Assembly: GCA_030264375.1 (NCBI GenBank)
Contig: JASCQW010000160.1
Span: forward strand, 16,564,934-16,628,933
Direction of reading: 5' to 3'
Length of the DNA stretch: 64,000 nt
From: Carcharhinus longimanus
Lineage: Eukaryota
A model generated the notes under the pieces. That model saw only the letters and a list, made by a program, of their open reading frames with translations. It ran no database searches and was not told the DNA's origin. This document shows, piece after piece, positions 26,950 to 39,830 of the stretch (position 1 is the stretch's first letter; every line of letters starts with the position of its first letter). The translations under genes and the position numbers were made by a program.

Positions 26950-27297
26950 GTGGCATGTGGTTAGCACTACTGCATCACAGCTCCAGGGACCTGGGTTTGG
27001 TTCCAGCCTTGGGTGACTGTCTTGTATGAAATTTGCATATTCTCTCCGTATTTTCATGGGTTTCCTCCGGGTGCTCCAGTTTCCTCCCACAGTTCAAAGA
27101 TGTGCAGGTTAGGTAGGGGGAATTTAGCATGGCCAATCTTAGTGTCCCAAGATGTGTAGGTTACATGGATTAGCCATGGGAAATGTGTGTGGTAATGAGG
27201 AGAGGACAGAGGAAAAGACCCTGGGGAAGATACCATCAGACGGTTGTACAGAATTGATGGCCCAAATGGCTTCTTATGCATTGTCGGGATTCTATGA
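26950..27297 (+). mobile_element. HE1 SINE
   Basis: Head gtggttagcactac, V-domain, tail gatggcccaaatggc...gggattctatga. Confidence 0.9.
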
Positions 27298-27717
27298 AGC
27301 AATATTCCTCTTATAGATTTAAACTCTTGTCTTTGAAATTAGTTAGCAAAACACAGACATACTTTCGGTGAATTAGGTTACCAAGCTCTGGAGCTTTCAG
27401 AAGCCTCTAGAGAGTGAGACAGAGAGACACTCTTTTCTTCAGGCAGCAACAGCTTGTATTTTTAAATGAAACTTAAAACGTTCTTTCTTTTTTGCAAGCT
27501 CAGCTCCTCCCATTAAGCACATGACCTCATTCCTGTCAATCAACCTAATCAAAACTCTATACTGAAATCCAAGGGGGAACTCAAGTAAACACAAATGCAT
27601 TAGCTTTGCTTAAACAGTCACTTTGGGTTGGATTTTCCGCTTGCACGCGTCTCAAAACCGGAAAATCCTGCCCAAGGGTAATGATCTTTGGGTGACTTCC
27701 TGCTCTGTACCCAGTAC

Positions 27718-28530
27718 ATAGAAACATAAAAACTAGAAGCAGGTGTCAGCCCTTCGAGCCTGCTCTGCCATTCATTTTGATCATGGCTGATCAAATTCAA
27801 TATCCTGATCACCCCCTTCGCTCCATATCCCTTTAGCCCCAAGGAGTATATACAATTTCTTCTTGAACTAACCTCAACTACTTTCTATAGTACTGAATTC
27901 CACAGATTCATCATTCTCTGGGTGAAGAAATGTCTCTTCACCTTAGTTCGAAAAGGTTTACCCTTTATCCTCAAACTATGAACCCTAATTCTGGATTCCC
28001 CCACCATTGGGAACATTTTTTAAAAATCTACCCTGTCTAACCCTGTTAGAATTTTCTAAGCTCCTACACTCTTCTAACCTCCAGTGAATAAAATCCTAAC
28101 CAACTTAGTCTCTCCTCATGACAGATCTGCCACCCCAGGAATCAGCCTGGTAAATCTTTGCTGTGCTCCCTCTATAGCAAGGGCATCATTCCTCAGATAA
28201 GGACAAAAAAACCGCACACCCAGTGTGCCTCACCACATCCTACATAAGTGCAGCAAAACATCCTTAACCCTACACTCAAATCCTCTCGCTGTGAAGGCCA
28301 ACATACCATTGCTTTCTTTACTGTCTGCTGTACCTGCACGCTTACTTCCAGCAACTAATGCACGAGGACACCAAGGTCTCGCTGAGTGTCCACCCCTCTC
28401 AATTTATACTCATTAAAGTAATAGTCTGTAGTCCTATAATTAAATTCAATATTAAATCAATGTCTTTGGTTCTTGAATGTTCCAATCTTATTATTGCTAC
28501 CAAAGTGGATAACCTCATATTTATCCACAT
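27718..28530 (-). mobile_element. CR1 3' portion inserted in a short MITE
   Basis: Tail catagaaacataaaaactagaagcagg followed by antisense CR1 ORF2 C-terminus. MITE ends at about 27624 (gggttggattttcc) and about 28574 (gggaaaattccc). Confidence 0.85.
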
Positions 28531-28737
28531 TATACTGCTATGATTCCCTTGGTAGATGGGACGGGAAAATTCCCCTATGCATGTCTAAAATCAGTATTTA
28601 TCTTGTGTTCCCAGCTACCAATTTAAAGGTTTTGCTAGAAAAATCAGCACCTTGAAAAACAGATCTGAATTCTAAATATACCCCTTATAAGGAACTTTAT
28701 ATAAATATATTGAGAAGGCACAGTGACATCACGAAAG

Positions 28738-29010
28738 TGTTCCTATTGGTGGAATATTCAAAAACCAGAGGGCACTGATTTAAGCTGACCGGCAAAAGAT
28801 TCAAAGGATAGGAAGAAAAATATTCACACAGCAAGTGGTTAGAATCTGGAATGCACCCTGACCGTGTAATGGGGGCTGTTAAATCACGGCTTTCAGGGAA
28901 ATTAGATGAGTGTGTGGAGAGACAATATGCAGGGCTTTGAAGGAAGGATGGGAAGTGGGACTAACTGAGTTGCTCAGCAGAGAAGTAGCAGACGTGACCG
29001 TGAAGTAGGC
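28738..29010 (+). mobile_element. CR1 3' fragment (continuation of 25600-25679)
   Basis: SKTRGH motif, then ttcacacagcaagtggttagaatctggaatgca (FTQQVVRIWNA). Confidence 0.8.
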
Positions 29011-29529
29011 ATTCTATGATGAAATATAGACATTGGAATTTCAGCGGAAACTTTGGATGGAAATGTGTGCAAATGCAAGACTTAAGAAATATATTATGCA
29101 TAGATATGTTTCATCAGTTGATAAAATTAAAAACCTGTAATACTGTCTAAGTATTTTTAGATTTACTGATTTAAATACTTTTACATGCAGTCCACGTGGG
29201 GTCCTGAAAGGTTATACTGGCCATGGCTCACATGCAAAAACGTACATCAATGATATAGCCTCACATACACAAATATTAATCTGCCATTTGTTACTGCTTC
29301 AGTTCTGTGAAATCTATGTATTCCTTTCATTTAATGGTATTCAGCAATATGTAAGAAAAAAACTTGTAAAAATACATAGCATCTAATGTTATCAGGATAT
29401 TCCAAAGTGCTTTACAATCAATGAACTGGGTGTGAACTTGACTCCATTGATACCAGCGTTCCTTCAAAAATTTGAGCGCTCAGGTCTCATTCTAAATTCA
29501 ACTGTCTTTCAGCTAACACGTTTAATTGG

Positions 29530-30135
29530 GGTTTCATCTACCTGCTCTGTGGGATATTAAAGATCCAATGCTAAGTTTTCAAAAAAAAGGTAGTCCTCCC
29601 AGCATTGTGCCAATATCCCACCCTTAATTAACACCACGAAAAATAGATTAGCTAGTCAGCCATTTTTTGTTGCCTATGGGACCTTGCTGTGCATAGACGA
29701 CAAAACTGGCTGCTGAGAAAATGTACAACATTCTTCTCTTTGAAAGTAATTCATTGGTTCAGTGCACAGAACAAGATATTGTATATTTTTGTATCTATAT
29801 TAAAGTGATATTCTAAGACAGACTGTAGTTCATTCTTACTTTTCTCTGTTGAGATATCACTGTTTACATGTCAGCTAAACAGGCAACCAACCAGCATACA
29901 CTGAGTACCCCACAAACAGTAAATTAATTGGGTGACAAATTACATTGTTTTGGTGACATTGATTTGGGAATTAATGTTGATCAAGACATTGGGATAACTA
30001 ACTACTTTTCTTTAAAATTACCATGAAATCCTTAACTCCAACCTGGACCACCAGAACATGGCAAATATGGCCTTGTGTTAATGTTACATCCAAAGAAGAC
30101 ATCTCTCAGAACATAGCTTTTCCTCAGCAATATGC
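29530..30135. mobile_element. Two degenerate DeuSINEs in opposite orientation (+ ~29530-29790; - ~29860-30135)
   Basis: Both show Deu-domain similarity to 345-770. Confidence 0.6.
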
Positions 30136-31429
30136 TAGGGCACCAACAAAGCATGGTAAACTATTAATCATAACTCCCATTGCACATACCGAGGTGAGCA
30201 GAAGATCACATCACTTCAGATCATTCTCACGTTCCTACTATCAATAGATCTAGAGAGCTAAAGACAACAGCCTGGCTTGTTGCCCAAGGAAGAATGTGAA
30301 CTATCTAACATAGAAAAAAAATAAATTTTAAAATGCTGGGAAATATAGATTTATAAAAAGGGCAAAGCTGTTAGAAAAATGCTTTTGATTCATAGTTTAA
30401 AAACTGAATATCAAAGTTTGTACAACCTACAGCACAATTAATAGATTTTAAAATTTGCATTGAACTGTATTAAATCAAGGATGTTTAAACCATTGTGAAA
30501 AGGGTCATATGGCCCAAAAATCACGTCCATGAATGCCATGCAATTCTGAACTACTTCGGCTCATATTTCTCCCTTGGTTGTCTGTCCCTTTTATAGTTTG
30601 TGGGCCTGAAAGTTTGAAATGAGCTTTTTGTAATGTTGCTACTACCCTTGATCGATAAATTCTGAATCAGAACATAAAAGATCTGTTAGTGTCTGCAGCT
30701 GGAGACATAAGTGAACCCCAAGGTTCCATTGTACACCTAAACAGAACACAAAGATATACAGCTAAGACACAACCATACTAAACTATAATGATAAAGATGA
30801 ACATTAAAATTAAAGTAACATTCCCATAACATTCTTTGTAGTTATTAGGCAAAACAATTAAACATTCAACACAAATTAAATTGGAGCTTTGCAGTTAGCT
30901 ATAAAGTATATAGAATTGAACAGAATTTGATCTTGCATAGACAACAGGCATGTGATAACAATAGCACAACAAACTCATTAATCAAAGTAAATAAATTAAC
31001 TTACAAAAATAATTTCAAAGCCAAAATTCAAGGATTTATTGAAATAAATTGGACTTTGTAAATTTAACAATTTTGTACGATAGTGCAAAGATACCCTGGT
31101 ACACTGAAGCTTAATACAATGGAATGTGGGTGTTTGGCTTGCTATTGTAATACTTCAAATGTAATGAAGAGATGAAATGGGAGATGAAAATGGGAGATGA
31201 AAAACCTTAACCAGATCACAAAGGCTATTCTTTTAAAGTCACCTCAGAGAAAGGGTGATTTCAAAAGTATTGGTAGAAGTGGATTGTCCCCCAGCTGAAG
31301 GTGGGTTGGGAGAAATCAAAACTAACAGAAAAAAGAAAAGTAATTGGAGAAAAAGAATGTATAGATGGTCAAATGTGTAAAAGGCAACAGTTCCGTCAAA
31401 GAAAACAGCTCTATTGAGAACAAAGGCAA

Positions 31430-33470
31430 ATCATTGACAGCAAAAAACAGTTGGGAGAAATGGGTGAAACAATACTTTGAGTTGAACTTTGTTATTGAGG
31501 AAGCACTAGGCGTGACAGAAACCCTGCCTGGCCTGACAGAACTGGATATCAAATCCACAATGGGGGAATTTAGCAAACATATTGACTTGCTTATCACGGG
31601 AAAGCTCCAGGTCCTGATGCTACACCACCTGAGGTCATCAGGCGCAGGAAACCAGCATTCCTGCAGCATCTGCACAAACTTTTCTGTCTCTGCTGAAGGG
31701 AGGGGGCAGCACTCCAGGATGTGTGTGAAGCAAAGATTGCGACCCTTTACAACGACAAGGGTGACAGCATTGCTTGCAATAACTATTGCAACATTGTCCT
31801 GCTACATCTGCTGGAAGAAGTAATTGCCCCTGTTGTCTGGGTCAGATCTTGGCTGAACACATCCACCCTGAATTCATGTGTGGTTTCAGAACTGAAGGTC
31901 TACAATGGACGTCCAACAGTTAAAAAAAAATGCTGTGAACAAAGAAGAACATTACACACTCCCTTCATTGATCTCACCAAGGCGTTCAACCATGAGTGGA
32001 GGTGGTCTATCTAAGCTGCTGGAGAAAACTACTGCTGCTAAATTTGCTCAATGTGGTTTCCTCTTTCCATGACAAATGATGCATCAAGTCAGCTATGATG
32101 GGGGTACATTGATCTAGTGAGAATCCAAAAAATGTTTCAGAGTTGTATTCTGGTGCTGGCAGTCTTTGGCTTATTCTCTTTGTTGCTGTCATGTGCCATT
32201 AGGTCACATGCAGATCACATCTACCCACATATCAGAATTGATGGGAAGCTGTTCAGCCTTGCTCAACTGAAATCCAAGACAAAGATGAGCCAAGTCCTCA
32301 TCCAGTTGCTGATGGCCATGACCTCTGGAGGCTGACTGTCTCAAGGGCATTGGCAGAGGCAAGCAGAAGCAAAAAGCTCAACAGGCCAAAAAGAAAACCT
32401 AGAGCAAACAGACCAACAAATTGTGCATCTTCTCAGCCCAATATCTTTCTCTGCAACAAATGTGGCAGAGACTGCATTGCCAGAGTGTGAGTCGTGAGCC
32501 ATATCTACGCTGACAACGTTGCACTGGTATACCATATCGAGGAACAGCTTCAGCAGCAAACGGACAGAACTCTTTCATACCTGTGATAAATATAGTTTGA
32601 CTATCAACATCACAAAGACAAATGTCATGGTCCAGGATGTTGCCATATTGCCACTTACCAGCATTAATAATGGGATGCTGGAGATTGTTGATAGCTTCAC
32701 ACATCTAAGTTCCACAATCATCAGCAAACTGACACTTGATGCTGAAATAACATACACATCACAAAACCGGCAGCTGTTATGTCCAAGCTGAGTGTGAAGC
32801 AACAGCAATCTGACTGAGAACTCGAAGCTACAATGTACCAAGCCGGTATCCTCAGCAAACTCCTCTAAAGTAGCGAGACCTATACAACAGGAACCCGGCA
32901 GGAGAAAAGGCAGAACAGCTTCTACCATCACTATCTCAGATGTATCACCATCACCTCTTAGCAGTACAACATCACCAGCTCCATAAGTTGTGGAGTTTGC
33001 TAATTCCATAAGCATACACCCATTCCTAAACAAACCATGTCTGTGTTGGCTCAGTCAGGTTCATTGGTAGATGAAAGCTGCATATCCAAAGATTTTCTTT
33101 AAGGTGAATTGGCCACCAGATTGCAGCCTCCTCTGCATCTACACCTACATTATAAGGGCACCTGTGAGAGATACAAAGATGGCAGACACTAACAGTTGAA
33201 TGACAGTTGCTGATGGCCACGGCCTCTGGAGGTTGACTAGCTGGAAGGGCATTGGAGGAGGCAAGGAGAAACAAAAAGCTCAGCAGGCCAAAAAGAAAAC
33301 CTAGAGCAAACAGACCAATAAAATTGTGCACCTTCTCAGCCCAATATCTTTCTCTGCAACAAATGCAGCGGAGACTGCCATGCTAGAGTGAGAGTCGTGA
33401 GCCATACCAGGGAATGCTAAACAGAAAATTGACCACCACAGCACAAAACATCTCCAAGATGGAAGGCAAC
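31430..33470 (+). mobile_element. Decayed RTE-clade LINE
   Basis: Frameshifted motifs WVKQYFEL, KIATLYNDKGDSIACNNY, FIDLTKAF, YADN (YADD), SLTINITKTNVM, and a C-terminal CNKCSGDCH zinc-finger-like segment. Confidence 0.92.
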
Positions 33471-35289
33471 CACTAAGATACTTTCTAGTGAGGCACTACT
33501 AGCTTTAGCCTGCTGGTGAAATTCTATAAATCTGTAATCAAGAAAGCCAATTGTCTAAACAAACTACTTAGGAACTCATTTAGAACTTACCCAAACCACA
33601 AATTGGCACAGTATAGTATAGATTATTGGACCAAAATTCGCTGGGAACTGGCACCATTGAAATGATGTCTCTGCAGCACACACTATTATGTTCAAGAAAG
33701 CATAGCATAATGTAAGGTTTTGCTTTATGTCAAATGTTGCAAAATTATTCATATCTCAAGGTCACTGTCAGACAAGGGTGTGTGTTGATATTGGAGGTTA
33801 GCCGGAACAGTGGAGGGGCAGAAAACTAATGAATAGACTAATTAGTGATAATATTAACTATTTGGAATGATCCAAAGTATGTCATGTTCCTTCGCAATGT
33901 CAGCAGATAAAATCAAGTTAAATTGATATGCAGTCAAATCATCAAGATGCCATTGTATCTGGAGAAAGTCTGGAGAAGACATCTCACTTCAATATACATT
34001 CAGGCATCATTTGATATGACTCACACCAAAAAGGAAATGGTTTATTTTTAAAGATAAAAACAAAAAATGTTGGAAATATCCAGCAGGTCTGGCTGCATTT
34101 GTGAAGAGAGAAACAGAGTTAACCTTTCAGGTCATGATCTGAATTCAAAGGTTCTTTAAGGATGTTCTGATTGTTGGGCAAAGAGGGATATACAAAATCA
34201 GTGCAATTAAAGTTCATGGGACAGTTGGAAGTCAAACACCCACTAAAACCAAACTTGATCATGTAGGCTCTGCAACAAACCAGGTTGTATGAGTTTAATG
34301 TAAAACCATACCAATCATTATACTCTTTTAATAATGGTTATTATACTATTGGCAAGTAAGCAATAAGCTTGCATTTGCTCAATAAGCTCAAACCTGAAAC
34401 ACAGATTTGTTTAATTGACTTGAATTTGTTACTCAAGAAACACAGGCCATTAGTTTAATTAACACCAAAAATTTACTGATACTTTTGCTGCCTTTTCCCG
34501 CTCCCTCATTGAAACAGTTGAGCAACTAATTATCACAGATCCGCTCCCATTAAAACCAATGGTGAGATAGATTAAAACGACCAGGGTGCCATAAAGTGGT
34601 GCAAATGGCCACAGTGTACAAAATTAGAACAGGAACGTGTTTAGAAGAGGAAACCTCACTTTTAAGTTTTATTATATAGGTGCTGTTTTAAATCTAAATT
34701 TGTTTGATCAGAATGATAAAGTCAGGGCCCAAGGTTTTTTCAAGGTTTATTGTTATGCACCAGCATCAAATTGTTATTTATATTTATTTCTGACATTCAT
34801 AAATACTACAATCAGAAGAAAGTAGGGCAATCCTTGAAAGATTAAAATTGTCTCTTTGCATGACTGCATTGCTTCTGACATTGTTTTTTTATGCCACACA
34901 CTGGTGAGATGCTGCAATCTTAAAATCCTCAGTGGCCAACCATAGCCTCATGACAAAGTGCAAGAGTTACAAAAACCTGTTTGGTCTTGGGACAATATTT
35001 ATTTGATAATTATCCCTGTTTATATAAATTTTCTGCCAGATACAAATTAATTAGGTTAAAAGTCACACAGAAATCAACAATCGAAATGATTCTTAAATGT
35101 CCATTGGTCATTATGCTCCTGATCCATCATGCTCCTTTGGCTTATTTGAATTACTTTTCCAGCAAATTATGGAATACACCATTGAAGAATTGGGGAGCAC
35201 CACAGTCTAATATATGACTTTCATCACCAGCATTACAATTGTTGAGAATTGGCCATTCAATTTGATAGAGCATGAAGTACATTTTATGG

Positions 35290-36065
35290 ACTGAACTGAT
35301 TCCCCACACCTTGTCTACCATGTACAAAGCTGAAGTCAGGAGTATGAAGGAGTAAATTTCACTTGCAGCTTCATCAATACTCAAGAAGCTTGATACCATC
35401 CAGTAAAAAGCAGTCTGCTTGACTGGCACAGTGGTCAGCACTGCTGCCTCAACACCAAGGACACAAGTTCGATTCCTGGCTTGGGTCACTGTCTGTGTGG
35501 CATTTGCATGTTCTCCCTGTGTCTGCTTGGGTTTCCTCTGGGTGCTCCGGTTTCCCCCACACTCCAAAGATGTGCTGGTTAGGTGAACTGGCATGCTAAA
35601 CTGCTCCTGTCAAGAGTACTGGCTAGGGTAAATGCATGGGGATAGGGCCTGGGTGGGTTGTGGTCGGTGCAAACTTGAAAGGTCAAATGGCCTCCTTCTG
35701 CACTGTAAGATTCTATGATTCTATGACTGCCACTCCTTCAACTGCCACACACAGTGGCAGCAGTTTGCATCATCTATAAGATGCCCTGCAGCAACTTACT
35801 AAGGCTACTTTGACAAGCTGGCAGCAAATACATGGGAACACACAAGTTCCTCTCCAAGCCATGCAATCTCCTGACATATCACCATCCCTTCACTGTTGCT
35901 GGGTCAAAATACAGGAACTCTCTTCCTAACAGCACTAAGTGTACCTACACCACCTGGACTGCAACGATTCAAGGAGACGGCTCATCATTACCTTCCAAAG
36001 GGCAATTAGAGATGGATAATCAATGTTGGTTGTACTTGCGATGCTCTCACTCCACGTAAGAATAA
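35290..36065 (+). mobile_element. CR1/L2-clade LINE 3' part interrupted by an HE1 SINE (~35426-35723)
   Basis: Homologous to 20330-20815. The SINE is flanked by TGACTG at 35420-35425 and 35724-35729. Confidence 0.85.
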
Positions 36066-37499
36066 AAAAGATTTATTACAAATAATATCAACAGATCTAT
36101 CACAGCCATCATCAATCCCATCCCTGCCTGATGTCAACACAGGCACAGTTGCACAAATTTCTCAAGTGTGTGCGTCTGTGTGTAACTGAGTCAAGGACAA
36201 TAGTTGAGCCTGGGACCCTATTGCTCTGTATGGCTTAACTGCTCACTGACAAAATCGATACTCATCTCTAATGAATAGCAAACTCGAACCATGCTGCTTG
36301 AAGCCAAATCAAGGTANNNNNNNNNNTGGACCAAGGCAAAAAACAGGCTCCAGGTTTCCTGCATGGTTTAGGTCACATGAAAGGAATAGTTGAACCATAC
36401 AGACAGAGGAGGAACTAGTTGGATCTCAGGTCTGTTCTGAGCTGATCTCAGCCAAGGCAAAGTGAAGCTCTAAAGTTGTTGCGACAGTCCTGGAGTAGGG
36501 AAAGGGGGAAAAATGTCATGACTTTGGATGCTGATTGTTCTCCAGTTATCTCGCTTAGCTATGTTGTTTTCATCAGTTGAACTGCCTGTGGCATTTGCTG
36601 TCCCGATTAACACAAAAAAAAGTAATTTGAGCAGGGTGATGGAAGGACTATCAGCCCTATGAAATCATACTCCAGCAGGAGTCATTCCCTTTGCATTGAA
36701 AGGGGAGCAGGCAATATTCCTTTGTAAACTTCTAAAATGTTTAGACAGAATCAATTAACCAGTTAAGGAAGAGCCTCGTTGAAGAAACTATTCAAATTTT
36801 GCAGCAGCACCAAGTTAAATGTGCAATAATACAATATTTCTCAATAGAGAAATATCACATTTAAGAATCATATCGTATTTAAGACTGTACATTTATATAT
36901 AGATCTTCCATGCCAATCAGATAAAAGATCAATTTCATATGATCTTCTCAAGTGGGTAAACCTGCAGCATGTAAGCTCAAGAATGCAAAGGCCATCACTT
37001 TTCAATCAATCCTCTCAATCCATCACGGGAATATCGATAGTGGAAAAGTATTTGGATCAAACATGTATTTAGGCTCTGTATATAGTGAATGGGTGGCTGC
37101 ACACCAGTACGTACTTTGACAAGAGTATCTGGCAAATTTCTTTAGTGCCTACTCATTACATCTGTTGCGAAGTCCAGAGTTCATGCCAACAAATGACTAA
37201 TACTCTATAATCACATTGCTGCTATATAGCAATTTCATCTAAAAATACAGTCCTGAATCAGGAAAAAAGCAATGTTTAATAAACACAGTAACTTTCTGAC
37301 TGCCTAGGTATCTAGGAATTCAGAGACCTGGGAGTCAATTTTAAGTATTTCTGTCAGACAGGAAATGGGCACTAAGCTGGTTGCATGGTCATGTCACACT
37401 CCACCTGATATTCTTATCTATTGGCATACGTAAATACATGCAAATTAGTAGCAGAGGTAGGCCACTCAGCCCTTGAGCCTGCTCTGTATATTCACACTG

Positions 37500-38040
37500 T
37501 TTTTTTTGGGAGAGTTCAATACTGCAGTCTGCCCACACTCTTGTCAGCTTTCTGATAGCTGAGATATTTGCGCCAGTGGGGAGATGAAGCCTAAGTAAAT
37601 GGTGAAGTCATCTGCAGAGTGCTCAGGGTGCAATTGTGCACAGCGCCCCTATCTCCTATGGAACTGGGAGACCTCTTGCCACTGCCACTCCCCACATCAT
37701 TGATGTCTTGTTCTATACCCAGCCCCCCCAACACCAACATGGGTTGCCAACATGAGGACCTTTCTGATGAATATCCTGGTGGACCCCTACACAACCCCCC
37801 CATCTCCCGCATGCCCCCAACACCCTCCCTTGAATAACCACCATCCCCCCAGCCCCCATCTTTGTGCAACACCACTGCCAATGCCGGAAGATGCCATGGG
37901 GGAGCAGGTAAGTCATCTTACTTTATCTAAAGAGGCATCGCGCCATTTTTGGGCGTGAACCCATTTCGCTGGCAAAACAGGGCCAGGAGGATAGCAAATG
38001 TGAATTGGCTTTTTTAACCACACCCATGATTCTCCTGGCA
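37500..38040. mobile_element. GC-rich MITE-family fragment
   Basis: C-rich core resembling the 25769 and 46914 elements; termini unclear. Confidence 0.45.
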
Positions 38041-38368
38041 TCCCATGAAAAGATAAAAAAAACTGCTGAATTGGGAAGACTTAATTTTCACATTCCTCAA
38101 TTCATTGTAACTCAGGTCGCCAACTCCCTTTGAATTATGCATTACGACAAAGATCAGGAACTTGGCTTAGGGGGCATGTAGCCAGAAATTCAAATTATAA
38201 TACTATTCCTCATGGTAAAGTTTCTTCATCCCAATTCAAAAATGTGACCTAATATTTCTGATTGCTTCATGTACTTTTGGCTTTACAGAAATTAGACATA
38301 GAGGACATAGGAGCATGAGTAGGTCATTTAGCCCTTCCAGCCTGTTCTGCCAATCTATTGGATAATGG

Positions 38369-38507
38369 CCAGAACTCTCCATTCACCTGACGAAGGGGCA
38401 AATCCCAAAAGCTTGTGAGTTTACTATCAAATAAATTGGTTGGACTTAAACCTGGTGTTGACAGACTTCTTACTGTGTTTACCCCAGTCCAATGCCAGCA
38501 TCTCCAC
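38369..38507 (+). mobile_element. Penelope-like terminal fragment in a CR1 tail, TSD ATAATGG
   Basis: Paralog of 9467-9552 with the hammerhead GAAA changed to AAAA. ATAATGG occurs at 38362-38368 and 38508-38514. Confidence 0.75.
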
Positions 38508-39644
38508 ATAATGGAAGGTATACAGCTCAACTCCATTCACCTATTCTTTATTCCATATCCTATCATATGCTTAGCTAACAAAAATCCAGCAATCTCAGTT
38601 TTCAAAACGTTAATATTTAAATCTGGTCCCAAGCAATTGTTTCAAAAGAACAAAACAAGTACAAAATTGCTCATGATCAGCACCACTAATATTTCTACAC
38701 TTCTGTCACACTGATTTCACAATTAGTTCATTGATTCAATTTTCCTCATCTTTCTCTGGGGAACCATCTCAGGACCAATTAAAGCATAGCGAGTGTCTCA
38801 CATTTCGCTACTTTGCGGTGTAGCCAGACACCCCTGGAACAACATCATCAAAAAATTCAGTCCCATTTTGGGTATTCTGATCAGTCAAAATCCCAAATCT
38901 AAACAACTAATCCTCCCAGCATATTCTACTTTCTGGTGGGTAACCTCACAGGGAACAATATTTGCTGTATCAAAAATTGAAAGAAAAATTACAACTTTTA
39001 AGTCAATTTGTGTGCCATAACAACAATCAATCTTTTACCTTTGGTGGGTTATGATTTGTTGGCCCTAGGGTAGCTGATGGAAATGTCCTTGCACAGTTCA
39101 GGCTCTTCCAGGGATTCAAAATATGAGCAGGGTTAGCTGCCAGAGACAGCGATACACAGCATCATTATAGAGTTTTTTCATTCTTTCGATGTGAACATCA
39201 GAAAATGGCTACCATGGCCCCTCTACTCTCTCAATAAAGTGTTTTCCATACTTCAGAACTTGATTAACAGATTGAAAAGAAACAATATTTGTTCATTTAA
39301 GATTAATTTCAAGATTGTAATTTGAAGGCAATACTAAGCAATAATAAATCAAGATAATCTGGATAGGTTAATAACTGGGTTAAATGTTGTCTTGCAATTT
39401 TTGCAGTTAAATAGTTTTGAATGCTTAATTAGAGTTAAGGGGATTCTCAGCCTTTATTACATTTTGGGGTTTTAATTGAAGTCTTAACATGAGTTTTTTT
39501 CAAATTCATGCGTGGGACATGATCATTGCTGGCTGGTCAACATATATTGCCCATCCTTAGTTACCATTAAATTTACCATTTCAGAGGACAGTTGATAGTC
39601 AACCACATTGTTATTTGTTCTACATGTGACACCAGAGCCACAGC

Positions 39645-39830
39645 AAAGAACAAAGAAAGTTATAGCACAACAACGGACCTTCGGCCATCCATGCCTGCAC
39701 CGACCATGCTGCCCGTCTCAACTAAAACACTCTACCCTTCCGGGGACCATATCCTCCATTCCCCTCGTATTCACATATTTGTCAAGATGCCCCTTAAAAA
39801 TCACTATTGTATACGCTTCCACTATCTCCT
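39645..39830 (-). mobile_element. CR1 3' end
   Basis: caaagaacaaagaaagttatagcacaacaacggaccttcggccatcc tail. Confidence 0.75.

Larger units (their letters stand above)
25680..28733. mobile_element. Solo-LTR-like element with nested insertions, inside a CR1 fragment
   Basis: TGT...ACG termini flanked by AAAG at 25676-25679 and 28734-28737. Removing it rejoins the CR1 frame DRVDRDK|VFLLVEYSKTRGH. Confidence 0.7.

Noticed and set aside
31365-33033. ORFs of 97-152 aa as host genes
   Set aside because: They are frameshifted pieces or antisense frames of a dead RTE LINE.
33591-33708. ATG-open frame ending at TGG|GTAAGT on the minus strand
   Set aside because: The donor is phase 1, incompatible with the phase-2 GRAMD1B junction, and there is no other support.
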